Source of the DNA: Candidatus Latescibacterota bacterium
Lineage (GTDB): Bacteria > Latescibacterota > UBA2968 > UBA8231
Length of the DNA stretch: 64,000 nt
Assembly (NCBI GenBank): GCA_965204725.1
Contig: OZ242005.1
Coordinates: 1,088,001 to 1,152,000, forward strand
Direction of reading: 5' to 3'
This document shows positions 20,527 through 30,586 of the stretch, piece after piece. Under the pieces are notes generated by a model. That model had not been told where the DNA came from. It did not search any database and saw only the letters and a list, made by a program, of their open reading frames with translations. Position 1 is the first letter of the stretch; each line of letters begins with the position of its first letter. The position numbers and the translations under genes are program-made.

Positions 20527-23184
20527 ATGAGATACCTTCTACTGCTCATCGCCGCTTGGGTCGCGGTCGTCGAGGTCGGCGCAGCACCCCTGCAAGACGT
20601 CGTCCCCCAAACCGGGCACATCCACGCCCTGACCGTTTTCGCGCACTTTGCCGACGAAGGCCGCTTGGGCCGCGCGGTTCCGGCTTTTGCGGCGGAGATT
20701 TTTGCCGAGCAACCGGGCAGCTTGACTCACTTCTACCGCGAGATGTCGCGCGGGCAGTTTGAACTCACCGGCGAGGTGCTACCGCGCTGGTATGCGTCGC
20801 GCAGCAATGCCGATGCGTACGTGGGGGCAGGGGGCGATTTTGGTCGCTTCGCCCGCGAGGTCTTACAGGCCGTGGATGACGACGTGGATTTGGGCCGCTT
20901 CGACAACGACGGCCCCGACGGAATGCCCAACTCCGGCGACGACGATGGATACGTGGATTTTGTTTTTATCGTAACGGCCTCGGCCCCACCGGGTTTTTTT
21001 ACCACTCAAGAAGCCACGGGCGTCTTCCGGCTCGGGTTGGGCAACGATTTTGTCAGCCAAGACCGCGCCCAACGCGGCGGCTCCATCCGGGTGCGCTCAG
21101 ATCACGGTGCTGTGCAGCGCGGCCGGTCTTTGGCCGGCGCGGTGGGCATAATGGCCCACGAGTTTGGGCACTTTCTGGGGCTGCCCGACCTGTACGACCT
21201 CGAATATGAGTCCGAGCCGGACGACTCGGGCGGCATTGGCTATTGGGGCTTGATGGGGCACGGCATCCGCGGCTGGAGCGAGGTCGATGGCCCCAACCCC
21301 TTTTGCGTTTGGAGCTTGGCCCAGCTCGGCTGGCTGGGGGTGAACAACCAACAACTCAAGGTGCTGAGCGAAGACCAAGACGACGTGGTTTTTGCCGATG
21401 TCAATGCCGGCGGAGCGGTGTACTTATTGCCCGCGCTCGCCCCGGCCGAGCACTTTTTCCTCGTGGCGTTCCGCAGCCGCCAGCACAGCTACTACGAGCG
21501 CAATCTGCCGGCCGAGGGCTTGCTAATCTGGCGCGTAGATCCCACCCGCTACAGCAATAATGAGGAAACCGCCAAGCGGGTGGATTTGGTATGCGCCGAT
21601 GGGGGGTTCCGCGATGCGGGCTTTCCCTTGGGCCGCGAGCCTGCCCCGTTTACCGGCCGCGACAACCTCGACTTTTGGGCGCACGACGAGGCTTACCGCA
21701 CGAGTTTTGGCGGCAACCTCGGCGACGCGACCGACGTGTTTGACGGCGAGCAATTTACCGACTTCTGGGCTGCGTCCAATCCGGCGTCCTCGCCCGGGAT
21801 TAGCGTGACCCGCATCCGCCGCGCGGGCGACTCTATGGTGGCCGACCTCAAGCTCCAAGACCGCCGCCGCGCCGGTCCGATTGCCGACATCGAGGTCTGG
21901 CGCGATAGCATTGAGGTCGTCGGCGATGTGACTGTCCGGCCCCAAGGCCGGCTTGAGGTCCACGCCGCCGCGCAGGTGCTAGTCGGGCCGGACGCGCTGG
22001 GCGCGGGGGTGGATCCGGCGCGGGTGGAGCTGAATGTGTACGGCACCCTCAACGTCGGGGCCTTGGGGCAGGGGCAGGCCGTCTTTCGCTCGGGTGCGGC
22101 CGATCCACAGCCCGGGGATTGGCAGGGCCTCGTGCTGCACCAAACGGCCTCGGTTTACTTGTACCGCGCCCGCATTGACCACGCCCGCTATGGCCTATTG
22201 GCCAAGAAGCTGGACCACGCCCTGACCTTGGCAGAGGTGGAAATCCACCGCGCCGGCGCGGACGGCATTCGCTTGGAAAAGGTCGAAGAGGAAATCGTCT
22301 TGGATGGCGTACAGGTTGAGGGCGCGGCGGGCGTGGGCATTTGGGTCGCGGGCGCGGGCCTGACGCGAATCCATCGCGCCGAGCTGCGGGCCAATGGGGG
22401 CGCGGGTCTCTGGCGCGAGGGCGGGTTTTTGTCGTTGCGCGACAGCCGCTTCAACGCCAACGGCTCGGCCGCGCCCGAGGAGGCCAACTTGGTCTTGGGG
22501 CGGAGCGTCAGCGGGGAGGTGGTGGGCAATGCGTTTATTGGCGGGATCGGGATTTACTGCGCGGAGACGCGGGAGGTCGAGATCGAGGCCAACACGCTGC
22601 ACAATCACGAGGTCGGCCTTTGGACGAGAAGCGCGCGGCCGCGCATTGTCCGCAATCACTTCACCCGCAATGCGTTGGCCCTGCGGGTGGAGGGGAGCAC
22701 GGTGCCGGCCCGGCTGGTCTTGAACGGCGTCCAAGGCAGCGAGCAATTGCTCGACAATCGGGCCAGCCAACCGCTACAGGCGATCAACAACTGGTGGGGC
22801 AACGACGACGAGGCTTGGATTGAGACGCGGGTCCGCGGCGAGGTGAACTGGCGGCCTTTTCTCAACTTCGACCCGCGCCGGCCCTTGGACTTTGCCTTGG
22901 GGCAGAATTACCCCAACCCGTTCAACGAGGCGACGCAAATCGACTATCAGATCGGGATCAACGACCCCATTGTCGCCGGGCAGACGAGGGTCGAGATCGA
23001 AGTCCGCACGGCGACCGGCAGCTTGGTGCGGCACTTGGTTGAGGACTTGGCGGCACCGGGATTGTACAACACCGCTTGGGATGGCCGCGACGAGCGCGGC
23101 GAGCGCGTGGCCAGCGGTATGTACTACTACATATTGCGCGTTGGGCCGATCGCCCGCGCCAACAAGATGATTTTTATCAAATGA
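20527..23184 (+). CDS. Secreted M6 metalloprotease paralog with FlgD/T9SS-like C-terminal domain
   Basis: Signal peptide, HEFGHFLGLPDLY, QNYPNPFN...WDGRD...SGMY motifs. Confidence 0.88.
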   Translation: MRYLLLLIAAWVAVVEVGAAPLQDVVPQTGHIHALTVFAHFADEGRLGRAVPAFAAEIFAEQPGSLTHFYREMSRGQFELTGEVLPRWYASRSNADAYVGAGGDFGRFAREVLQAVDDDVDLGRFDNDGPDGMPNSGDDDGYVDFVFIVTASAPPGFFTTQEATGVFRLGLGNDFVSQDRAQRGGSIRVRSDHGAVQRGRSLAGAVGIMAHEFGHFLGLPDLYDLEYESEPDDSGGIGYWGLMGHGIRGWSEVDGPNPFCVWSLAQLGWLGVNNQQLKVLSEDQDDVVFADVNAGGAVYLLPALAPAEHFFLVAFRSRQHSYYERNLPAEGLLIWRVDPTRYSNNEETAKRVDLVCADGGFRDAGFPLGREPAPFTGRDNLDFWAHDEAYRTSFGGNLGDATDVFDGEQFTDFWAASNPASSPGISVTRIRRAGDSMVADLKLQDRRRAGPIADIEVWRDSIEVVGDVTVRPQGRLEVHAAAQVLVGPDALGAGVDPARVELNVYGTLNVGALGQGQAVFRSGAADPQPGDWQGLVLHQTASVYLYRARIDHARYGLLAKKLDHALTLAEVEIHRAGADGIRLEKVEEEIVLDGVQVEGAAGVGIWVAGAGLTRIHRAELRANGGAGLWREGGFLSLRDSRFNANGSAAPEEANLVLGRSVSGEVVGNAFIGGIGIYCAETREVEIEANTLHNHEVGLWTRSARPRIVRNHFTRNALALRVEGSTVPARLVLNGVQGSEQLLDNRASQPLQAINNWWGNDDEAWIETRVRGEVNWRPFLNFDPRRPLDFALGQNYPNPFNEATQIDYQIGINDPIVAGQTRVEIEVRTATGSLVRHLVEDLAAPGLYNTAWDGRDERGERVASGMYYYILRVGPIARANKMIFIK

Positions 23185-24725
23185 AAATCGAGGCGGATTA
23201 TCTCGTTCTCGGCAGTGGTATTGCCGGTTTGTTCTTTGCCCTCAAGGCCGCTCAGCACGGGTCGGTGGCCGTGGTGACCAAGCGCGAGCGGCGCGAGTCC
23301 AACACCCAATACGCCCAAGGCGGCATTGCCGCGGCCATGGATGCGGCCGATTCAGTGGCTAGCCACGCGCAGGACACGATCGCGGCGGGCGCGGGTCTGT
23401 GCGACCACGCGGTCGTCAAAGGGGTGGTGGCCGAAGGGCCGGAGGTGATCGACGAGCTGCGGGCGATTGGCGCGCAGTTCAACCAAACGCGGCCCGGGGT
23501 GTTGGCGTTGGGGCGCGAAGGGGGCCACTCGTGTGCGCGGGTGGTTCACGCAGACGACGCGACCGGCCGCGAGGTGACGCGGGCCTTGGTCGCGGCCGTG
23601 CAAACCCTGCCGCAGGTGACTTGGTACGATCACCATCTGGCCCTAGACCTGATCGTGGACGATCAACGGCGGTGCCACGGGGCTTGGGTGTTGGACTCAG
23701 CGCAAGCAGTCGCGGCCTTGGCGCCGGTTACGCTGCTGGCTACGGGCGGCTGCGGGCAGGTTTTTTTGCACACCACCAACCCGCCCGTAGCCTCGGGCGA
23801 TGGCGTGGCCATGGCGTGGCGGGCCGGTGCGCGGGTGGGCAACATGGAGTTTATGCAGTTCCACCCGACCATGCTGTACAATCCAAGCAAGCCCTCGTTC
23901 CTGATTACCGAGGCGTTGCGCGGCTTTGGCGGGGTGCTGATCGACGAGCGCGGCGCGGCATTCACCGACCCGTTGCAGACGCGCGATGTGGTCTCGCGGG
24001 CCATTGTCGCGCAGATGCAGCAAAGCAATGCCGAGTGCGTCTATTTGGACGTCACCGGCCAAGACGCGCAGGAGACCCGCCGCCGCTTTCCCAACATCTA
24101 TCGGCATTGTCTGGGGATGGGGGTAGATATGACCCAGAGACCAATTCCGGTGGTGCCGGCCGCCCACTATAGCTGCGGTGGGGTGTGGACTGGCCTGCAC
24201 GGCCAGACGGATCTCGCGGGCCTATACGCGGCCGGTGAGGTGGCGATGAGTGGGTTTCAGGGGGCCAACCGGCTGGCGAGCAACTCCCTGTTGGAAGGCT
24301 TGGTCTTTGCGCGGCGCGCTGTTGAGCACGCCCGTACCGCCGCGCCCGGAACGGGGGGCCGGTTTGAGATGGAGCATCCGGGCGCGGGGGTTGCGCCCAT
24401 TGCGCTGGAGGAACGGCGGGCACTGCTGCGGCGCTTGATGTGGGACGAAGTGGGCATCGTGCGCAGCGACCGAGGCTTGCAGCGGGCTTGCGAGGAGACC
24501 GCGCGGCTGGCGCGAGAGATTACAGCGTTGTACCGCGGGCAGCGGCTCGACGCCGAGCTGGTTCAGTTGCACAATTTGGCGACCGTGGCCATGCTCATTG
24601 CCCGCTCGGCGCGGCAGCGTTTGGAAAGCCGCGGCGTCCACTACAACCGCGACCATCCCGCACGCGACGATGCCCGCTGGCAGTGGCCGACGCTGCTGGT
24701 GAGGGATCGGGCTGGCCGGTCGTGA
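23181..24725 (+). CDS. nadB: L-aspartate oxidase
   Basis: GSGIAGL, SNTQYAQGGI, REGGHS, QFHPT, LITEALRG, PAAHY, GANRLASNSLLE motifs. Confidence 0.95.
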   Translation: MKIEADYLVLGSGIAGLFFALKAAQHGSVAVVTKRERRESNTQYAQGGIAAAMDAADSVASHAQDTIAAGAGLCDHAVVKGVVAEGPEVIDELRAIGAQFNQTRPGVLALGREGGHSCARVVHADDATGREVTRALVAAVQTLPQVTWYDHHLALDLIVDDQRRCHGAWVLDSAQAVAALAPVTLLATGGCGQVFLHTTNPPVASGDGVAMAWRAGARVGNMEFMQFHPTMLYNPSKPSFLITEALRGFGGVLIDERGAAFTDPLQTRDVVSRAIVAQMQQSNAECVYLDVTGQDAQETRRRFPNIYRHCLGMGVDMTQRPIPVVPAAHYSCGGVWTGLHGQTDLAGLYAAGEVAMSGFQGANRLASNSLLEGLVFARRAVEHARTAAPGTGGRFEMEHPGAGVAPIALEERRALLRRLMWDEVGIVRSDRGLQRACEETARLAREITALYRGQRLDAELVQLHNLATVAMLIARSARQRLESRGVHYNRDHPARDDARWQWPTLLVRDRAGRS

Positions 24726-24726
24726 G

Positions 24727-26274
24727 TCATGCACGGGCGGTCTCGAACGCCACGAGGTTGCGGGTCTGGCGGCTGAACTCTATGGCCACCATGTAAATTG
24801 GCTCGCCCAAAGCGCGGTACTTGTCGGCATAGTGCTTTTCTCTCAACTGCGCCATCGCCGTCCCCTCCGGGGCCGATTCGACCACTTTGAACTCGAACAG
24901 GTAGCAGTTGGCGTTGAAGCGAACTGCCATGTCCAGCCGCCCCTCGCTGCTGCTGTCCTCCACGACGATGTCCAAGCCCACCGACGCGAAGTAGGAGTAG
25001 AACACACTGGCGTAGTAGCCTTCATAGTTGGCTAGGTCGTTGTTGGTGTGCCACTGGTAGGGAATGCTGGAAAAAAACGCCTTGAACAGACTCTCTAGGC
25101 CGGCGAAGTCGTTGACCAACAACAGATCGTACAGCCGAGCGCGGTGCTCTGTACGCTGCGACGGATTGTCGGTCAGATGGTTCAGCAGACTCCGGTTCAG
25201 GCTCTGGCGCACCTCTTGATTGGGGTAGGACAGCCGATAGTACATCTCCCCGCCGCGCGGCTCGGTCTGGCGAATGGTCAGGTAGCCGGTCTGGAACAGC
25301 AAGGCTTCAGTGGCGATGTGATCGACGTCGAAGGCCGACAGCACATCGTCGCTGCCCAGCATGTCGTCCAGCGCCAACGCACCGACCCCGCGCGAGATCA
25401 GCATATCCATTAGGAACGTCGGTGTGCCGGTCTCAAACCAGTAGGCACCGAAACGGCGGCTGTCAAAGAGTAAGAGGATGTCGAACGGGTTGTACACCTT
25501 CTCCTCGCCCAGCCAGCTATAGCCGTTGTACCAGCGGCGGATCTCGTCCCGGTCCAAGCCGGGCAGCTCGGGCGCGAACACCGCGTCTAGGTCTGCATCG
25601 GTGTAGCCGCAGATGGCTGAGTAGCGCGCATCGAGCGTGATGTCCTTGAGATTGTTGAGGTCCGAGAACAGGCTGACCTTGGAGAATTTGCTCACCCCGG
25701 TGAGAAACGCGAACTGGATGTGCGCGTCGCTTACCTTGATGGCCGAATACAGGCCGCGCAGGTAGTCGCGGTTGGCGCGTGCAACCTCCGGCGCCTCGAG
25801 CGCGTCCAGAATCGGCTTGTCGTACTCATCTACCAGCACGGCGACGCGCTGGCCATCCCGCCGATGCAGGGCCTGTATCAAATGGCGGAAGCGCGCCGCC
25901 GCGGTGTCGTGACGCGGCGCGACCCCGGCTTCTTCTTCAATAGCGTCCAACTGCGCCATTGTCTCTTTGTGTAGATCGCCCCGTTCTCCATAATTCCCGC
26001 TACCGAAGTCGAGCCGCACCACCGGATAGCGCACCGACCAATCCCAGCCGTTGTGGATGTCAAGCCCCTCGAACAGCGATTCGTTGCCCTCGAATAATTC
26101 CTTCAAAGTGTCTAGGAACAGGCTTTTGCCAAAGCGCCGCGGTCGCGACAGGAAGTAGTGCTTGCCCTCGTCGGCCAACCGCCGAATGTAAGCGGTCTTA
26201 TCGACATAGTAGCAGTTCGCCTCGCGAATCTCGCGGAAGGTCTGAATGCCAATGGGCAGTCTGCGTCTCGTCAT
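24727..26274 (-). CDS. AAA ATPase with C-terminal PD-(D/E)XK nuclease (PDDEXK_9 type)
   Basis: LPIGIQTF, YYVDKT, RPRRFGKS, DEYDKP, WYNGY, GRLDM...FEFK...KHY motifs. Confidence 0.9.
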   Translation of the reverse strand: MTRRRLPIGIQTFREIREANCYYVDKTAYIRRLADEGKHYFLSRPRRFGKSLFLDTLKELFEGNESLFEGLDIHNGWDWSVRYPVVRLDFGSGNYGERGDLHKETMAQLDAIEEEAGVAPRHDTAAARFRHLIQALHRRDGQRVAVLVDEYDKPILDALEAPEVARANRDYLRGLYSAIKVSDAHIQFAFLTGVSKFSKVSLFSDLNNLKDITLDARYSAICGYTDADLDAVFAPELPGLDRDEIRRWYNGYSWLGEEKVYNPFDILLLFDSRRFGAYWFETGTPTFLMDMLISRGVGALALDDMLGSDDVLSAFDVDHIATEALLFQTGYLTIRQTEPRGGEMYYRLSYPNQEVRQSLNRSLLNHLTDNPSQRTEHRARLYDLLLVNDFAGLESLFKAFFSSIPYQWHTNNDLANYEGYYASVFYSYFASVGLDIVVEDSSSEGRLDMAVRFNANCYLFEFKVVESAPEGTAMAQLREKHYADKYRALGEPIYMVAIEFSRQTRNLVAFETARA

Positions 26275-26288
26275 GGCTTCTTGGCCTT

Positions 26289-27578
26289 CTATGCTATGCA
26301 GTGTCGCGCCACGCGATGCCAACACCAGCCGAGCAAGAGCAGCCCCAACCCACTGAGCCAGATTGTGCGCTCGACAAAAAACGCCAGCCCCAAGCAGGCG
26401 GCTAGGCCGACGAGGGCTATCCACTGGGGGTACAGCCGCTGGGCGGCTGGCAAGCGCAGGGCGCAGAAGTTGGTGATGGCGTAATAGACCAAAATGGAGA
26501 AGGCGCTAAAGGACCAAGTGGTCTTGACGTTGCCCACGAGGACCAGCCCCGCGATGGCTAGCCCGACGACCACCACGGCAATAGAGGGCGTGGTCTGGCC
26601 TCGATTGAGGCGGGCCAGCGCCCGGGGCATATCCCCGCGGCGTCCCATGGCCAGCAGGACCCGCGACAGGCCGAGGATTAGGTTGAGCAGCACCCCAGCC
26701 ATGGCGGTGATCGCGCCCAAGGCTAGGGTCCAAGAGATGCCGGGGGCGTCAAAAGTCTGGGCGATGACCTTTAGCGGAGCGGCCTCGTCCATGGTGGCCG
26801 CGTAGAACGCCTCTGACCCTACGGCCGCTAGGGCGACAGCACCGACGCCCATGTAGACCAGCATGGCGATGAGCAGCGCGGCGACGATGGCGCGCGGGAT
26901 CGTCTTGCGGGGGTGACGCACTTCTTCGCCGAGCGTGGCGATGCGACCGTAGCCCGTATAAGCGACGAACATCAAGGCGCTGGCTTGCAGCAGGGCCAAC
27001 CCGCTATCATCTCGTGAGAAAGGGGTGAGATGCAGGTGGTGCAGGGCGCTGGGTGCGCCGGCCACGACGAAGACGAGCAGCGAGCCGAGCGTCGCGGCGA
27101 CGATCGCGATGTTGACCTTGTTGGTGCGGTCGATGCCCAAGAGGGCGATGAGCGTGAGCGTCAGCACGGCGGCCAAGGCGACCGGAGTGCTCCATGCGGC
27201 TTGGTCTAGGGCGTTGCGCAGGTAGCCGGAAAGCCCCATGGCCGCGGTGGCCGCGGTCGCGCTCTTGGCGCAAAGGAACATCCACCCGGCGGTAAAGCCG
27301 AGGGCTGGCCAAGCGTACTCATAGCCGTATTGGTACGTGCCGCCGCTGAGCGGATGACTGGCGGCTAGCTGGGCACTGGACAGGCCGTTGCAGAGCGCGA
27401 CGAGCGCGGCGATGGCAATGGCGACCAAGACCGCCGGTCCGGCAATGCCCGCGCCGACCCCAATGCTGACAAAGACGCCGGTGCCGACAATCGATCCCAA
27501 GCCGAGGGCGACGGTGCCGACCAGCCCCAGCTCGGGTCGCAGGCGGGCGGATGGAGCGGGTGGATGCGCGGAGGTCAT
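26289..27578 (-). CDS. APC family amino-acid permease
   Basis: GSIVGTGVF, SGGTY, FVAYTGY...GEEVRHP motifs; about 12 TM helices. Confidence 0.9.
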   Translation of the reverse strand: MTSAHPPAPSARLRPELGLVGTVALGLGSIVGTGVFVSIGVGAGIAGPAVLVAIAIAALVALCNGLSSAQLAASHPLSGGTYQYGYEYAWPALGFTAGWMFLCAKSATAATAAMGLSGYLRNALDQAAWSTPVALAAVLTLTLIALLGIDRTNKVNIAIVAATLGSLLVFVVAGAPSALHHLHLTPFSRDDSGLALLQASALMFVAYTGYGRIATLGEEVRHPRKTIPRAIVAALLIAMLVYMGVGAVALAAVGSEAFYAATMDEAAPLKVIAQTFDAPGISWTLALGAITAMAGVLLNLILGLSRVLLAMGRRGDMPRALARLNRGQTTPSIAVVVVGLAIAGLVLVGNVKTTWSFSAFSILVYYAITNFCALRLPAAQRLYPQWIALVGLAACLGLAFFVERTIWLSGLGLLLLGWCWHRVARHCIA

Positions 27579-27736
27579 GCGATAAATATAGTCTGGCGGT
27601 GCGCTCGCGTCTTGTCTGCCCATCGTTTTAGGGCAAAAGACGCCGGCCGCGCCTTGAATACGCGCCTAAAACCCTATATTCTTTTATAATCAATCTATCA
27701 CTGAGCGCAGTGCTCATTAACTACGAGGAGAAAATC

Positions 27737-28279
27737 ATGATCCGAATGATGTCGTTTGTCTTGGCTGGACTGGGGCTGTTTGCCGGAGTCGAAAAAGCCG
27801 CGGCCGCTGCAGGGGACGTAGTAGATCGAGAGACGCTGAAAACTTTCGTGCTGGAAGCGAAGAGCTTGCTGGAGTCGGCGCAAGATGCGGAGGAACGGGC
27901 GGCCATTCTGGAGACCTTCAGGACCGAAGAGTGGAAACAGGGGCCGATTTACCTGTTCATCACCGGGTACGACGGCACCAGCTTCTTTCACGGCGCCCAA
28001 CCAGATCGCGAGGGCACCAATAATATCGACCAAGAGGACAGCAACGGCGTCCAGGTGACGCGGCAGAATATCGCAACGGCCCAAGCTGGGGGCGGCTTTG
28101 TGGAATATCTCTGGGATAATCCCGCGATAGAAGGCGAAGACGAATCCCCCAAGGTGAGCTACGTGGTCCCCATTGAGATTGAGGGGGTGTCCTATTACTT
28201 GGGTGCTGGGTTGTACATTGAGTCGGAGCAGACGAATGTTGCGCCCATTTCGTGGGGTCGGCTAAAAGCACGGCTGTAA
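27737..28279 (+). CDS. Secreted single Cache-domain protein with C-terminal SWGRLK motif
   Basis: Signal peptide, IYLF...FHG...LEG-like core, GGGFVEYLWDNP...PKVSY; paralog at 44059. Confidence 0.8.
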   Translation: MIRMMSFVLAGLGLFAGVEKAAAAAGDVVDRETLKTFVLEAKSLLESAQDAEERAAILETFRTEEWKQGPIYLFITGYDGTSFFHGAQPDREGTNNIDQEDSNGVQVTRQNIATAQAGGGFVEYLWDNPAIEGEDESPKVSYVVPIEIEGVSYYLGAGLYIESEQTNVAPISWGRLKARL

Positions 28280-28282
28280 ACC

Positions 28283-28363
28283 TTGAGCATCGTCGTCCTC
28301 GACTTTGGCGGGCAGACGCTCACCTCGTCGCCTCCGCGTCCATGCGCCGCGGAGGCGACGAGG
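28283..28363 (+). repeat. Degenerate duplicate of the guaA 5' end terminating in a 16-bp perfect hairpin
   Basis: ttgagcatcgtcgtcctcga(c/t)tttggcgggcag matches the guaA start; arms at 28323-28338 and 28348-28363. Confidence 0.85.
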
Positions 28364-28431
28364 CGTGTCACCGCTGTGCAGAGGGCGACCAGTGCCGATG
28401 CTGACAAAGACACGAAAAAAGGAGGTCCATA

Positions 28432-28746
28432 ATGGATGTGAAAGAAGCCGCACGGACAGCGCGAGCATATATTGCGGACCTTTTTGCCGATGAAAACGTG
28501 CAACACGTCGGTTTAGAAGAGGTTAAGTTCGACGACGTATCGGAAATTTGGAACATAACTATCGGTTTCTCTCGACCGTGGGAACTTTCTAAGGATCCCC
28601 CTAAGGATTCTGCCTCTTCTTTTCCTGTTTGGTTGCCAGAGTTAAACCCGCCAACACCGCAGCGCTCCTACAAGATCGTCCGCGTACGCGACAGTGACGG
28701 TTGCGTCGTATCCGTCACGCACCGTGCGCTAGCGGAGCATAATTGA
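28432..28746 (+). CDS. Hypothetical protein (family I associate with PIN-toxin neighbours)
   Basis: Strong RBS AAGGAGGT; GLEEV...WNITIGF...RSYKIV pattern; low GC. Confidence 0.65.
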   Translation: MDVKEAARTARAYIADLFADENVQHVGLEEVKFDDVSEIWNITIGFSRPWELSKDPPKDSASSFPVWLPELNPPTPQRSYKIVRVRDSDGCVVSVTHRALAEHN

Positions 28747-28786
28747 GCCAATTCACCGCCGTCGCCCTCGTTCACCGGAGATCCTC

Positions 28787-30580
28787 TTGAGCATCGTCGT
28801 CCTCGATTTTGGCGGGCAGTACGCCCATCTAATCGCCAATCGCATTCGTCGCCTCCGCGTCCATGCCGAGATTCGCTCGCCAGCGGCCGCGGTCGCCGAT
28901 TTACAAGACGCCGACGGGCTGATTTTGTCAGGCGGCCCGGCCAGCGTCTATGACCCGCAAGCTCCGGCGTACAACCCCGAGATTTTGGCGATGGGCAAGC
29001 CGATGCTGGGCTTGTGCTACGGCCACCAACTGCTCTGCCACCGCTTGGGGGGCCAAGTTGAGCGGGGGGCGACGCACGAGTTTGGCGCGGCCTATCTGCA
29101 CGTCCAAAAAGCAGAGGGCGTGCTGGCCGGACTGGACGCCCGCGAGCGGGTGTGGATGAGCCATCGCGACCACGTCGCGGCCCTGCCGCCCGGGTTTGCC
29201 GTCTTGGGCGCGACCGAGAACTGCCCGGTGGCGGCCATGGGCGACCCCGAGCGCAAGATATACGGCTTGCAGTTTCATCCCGAAGTGACGCATACCGTGC
29301 GGGGCATGGAAATCCTCGATAACTTCGCCGCGCTCTGCGGTGCCGAGCGGTGCTGGACGATGGAGCGCTACGCCGAGCAGGCGATAGCGCGGATCCGAGC
29401 GCAGGCGAAGGGGCGCAACGTCCTTTTATTCGTCAGCGGCGGGGTCGATTCGTCGGTGGCGTTCTTCTTGCTCAACCGCGCCTTGGGCGCAGAGCGAGTG
29501 CTGGGCTTGCACATTGACAACGGCTTTATGCGGGCGGGCGAGACGGCGCGGGTCGAGCGGCTGATGAAGGGGGCCGGCCTGCACAACCTAAAGGTCGTTG
29601 ACGCCAATGCGGATTTCCTCGCCGCCACAAAGGAGATTGTCGACCCAGAGGAAAAGCGGCGGCGGATCGGCGCGGAGTTCATCCGCGCCCGCGAGCGGGC
29701 ACTGGTCTCGCTGACCCTGAACCCGGACGAGTGGCTGTTGGGCCAAGGGACGCTCTACACGGATACCATTGAGTCCGGCGGCACGGAAAACGCAGCGGTC
29801 ATCAAGACGCACCACAATCGCGTTGGCGTCATCGAGCGGCTTTTGGCCGAGGGCAAGGTCATTGAGCCGCTCGATCAGCTCTACAAGGATGAAGTGCGCA
29901 CCTTAGGCGAAACGCTCGGCTTGCCACACCACTTGATCTGGCGGCATCCGTTCCCGGGGCCGGGGCTGGCGGTCCGGGTGTTGTGTAGCGAGGCGTCGAG
30001 CGCACAAAACGCCGATTCCGGTTTGGTCTCCGAGGCGCAGAAGGTGGCCGCGGCATTCGGCTTGGAGCTTGACGTGCTGCCGTTGCGCAGCGTCGGGGTG
30101 CAGGGCGATGGGCGGACCTACGCCCATCCAGCGGTGGTCACCGGCCCGCGCGAGTGGAAAACGCTGGAGGCGCTGTCCACCGAGCTGACCAATCGCTTTC
30201 CGTCGATCAATCGGGTGATCTACCTGTTGGGGCCGACGCCGCGGCCACGGCAAAACCTCAAAGCAGGGTATTTAACCTGCGACCGGCTCGATCGCCTGCG
30301 TCAGGCCGATGCCATCGCCATGGAGGAGTTGGAGCGCCACGGGCTGATGCGGGAAGTGACCCAGATGCCGACCGTGCTGCTACCGCTGTCATCCGATGGG
30401 GTCCGGGAGAGCGTGGTGCTGCGGCCGATTGCGACTTCCGACTTTATGACCGCGCGCTTTTGCCGATTGCCGCTGGCGTTTTTGGACGCTGTGTGCAAGC
30501 GGCTGTTGTCACTGGAGGGCATTGAAGCGGTCTTTTACGACATTACCCACAAGCCGCCGGGCACGGTCGAGTGGGAGTGA
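28787..30580 (+). CDS. guaA: GMP synthase (glutamine-hydrolysing)
   Basis: LDFGGQY, SGGP, LCYGHQ, QFHPEV, SGGVDS, IKTHHN, RHPFPGPGL, KPPGTVEWE motifs. Confidence 0.96.
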   Translation: MSIVVLDFGGQYAHLIANRIRRLRVHAEIRSPAAAVADLQDADGLILSGGPASVYDPQAPAYNPEILAMGKPMLGLCYGHQLLCHRLGGQVERGATHEFGAAYLHVQKAEGVLAGLDARERVWMSHRDHVAALPPGFAVLGATENCPVAAMGDPERKIYGLQFHPEVTHTVRGMEILDNFAALCGAERCWTMERYAEQAIARIRAQAKGRNVLLFVSGGVDSSVAFFLLNRALGAERVLGLHIDNGFMRAGETARVERLMKGAGLHNLKVVDANADFLAATKEIVDPEEKRRRIGAEFIRARERALVSLTLNPDEWLLGQGTLYTDTIESGGTENAAVIKTHHNRVGVIERLLAEGKVIEPLDQLYKDEVRTLGETLGLPHHLIWRHPFPGPGLAVRVLCSEASSAQNADSGLVSEAQKVAAAFGLELDVLPLRSVGVQGDGRTYAHPAVVTGPREWKTLEALSTELTNRFPSINRVIYLLGPTPRPRQNLKAGYLTCDRLDRLRQADAIAMEELERHGLMREVTQMPTVLLPLSSDGVRESVVLRPIATSDFMTARFCRLPLAFLDAVCKRLLSLEGIEAVFYDITHKPPGTVEWE

Positions 30581-30586
30581 GAAGGT

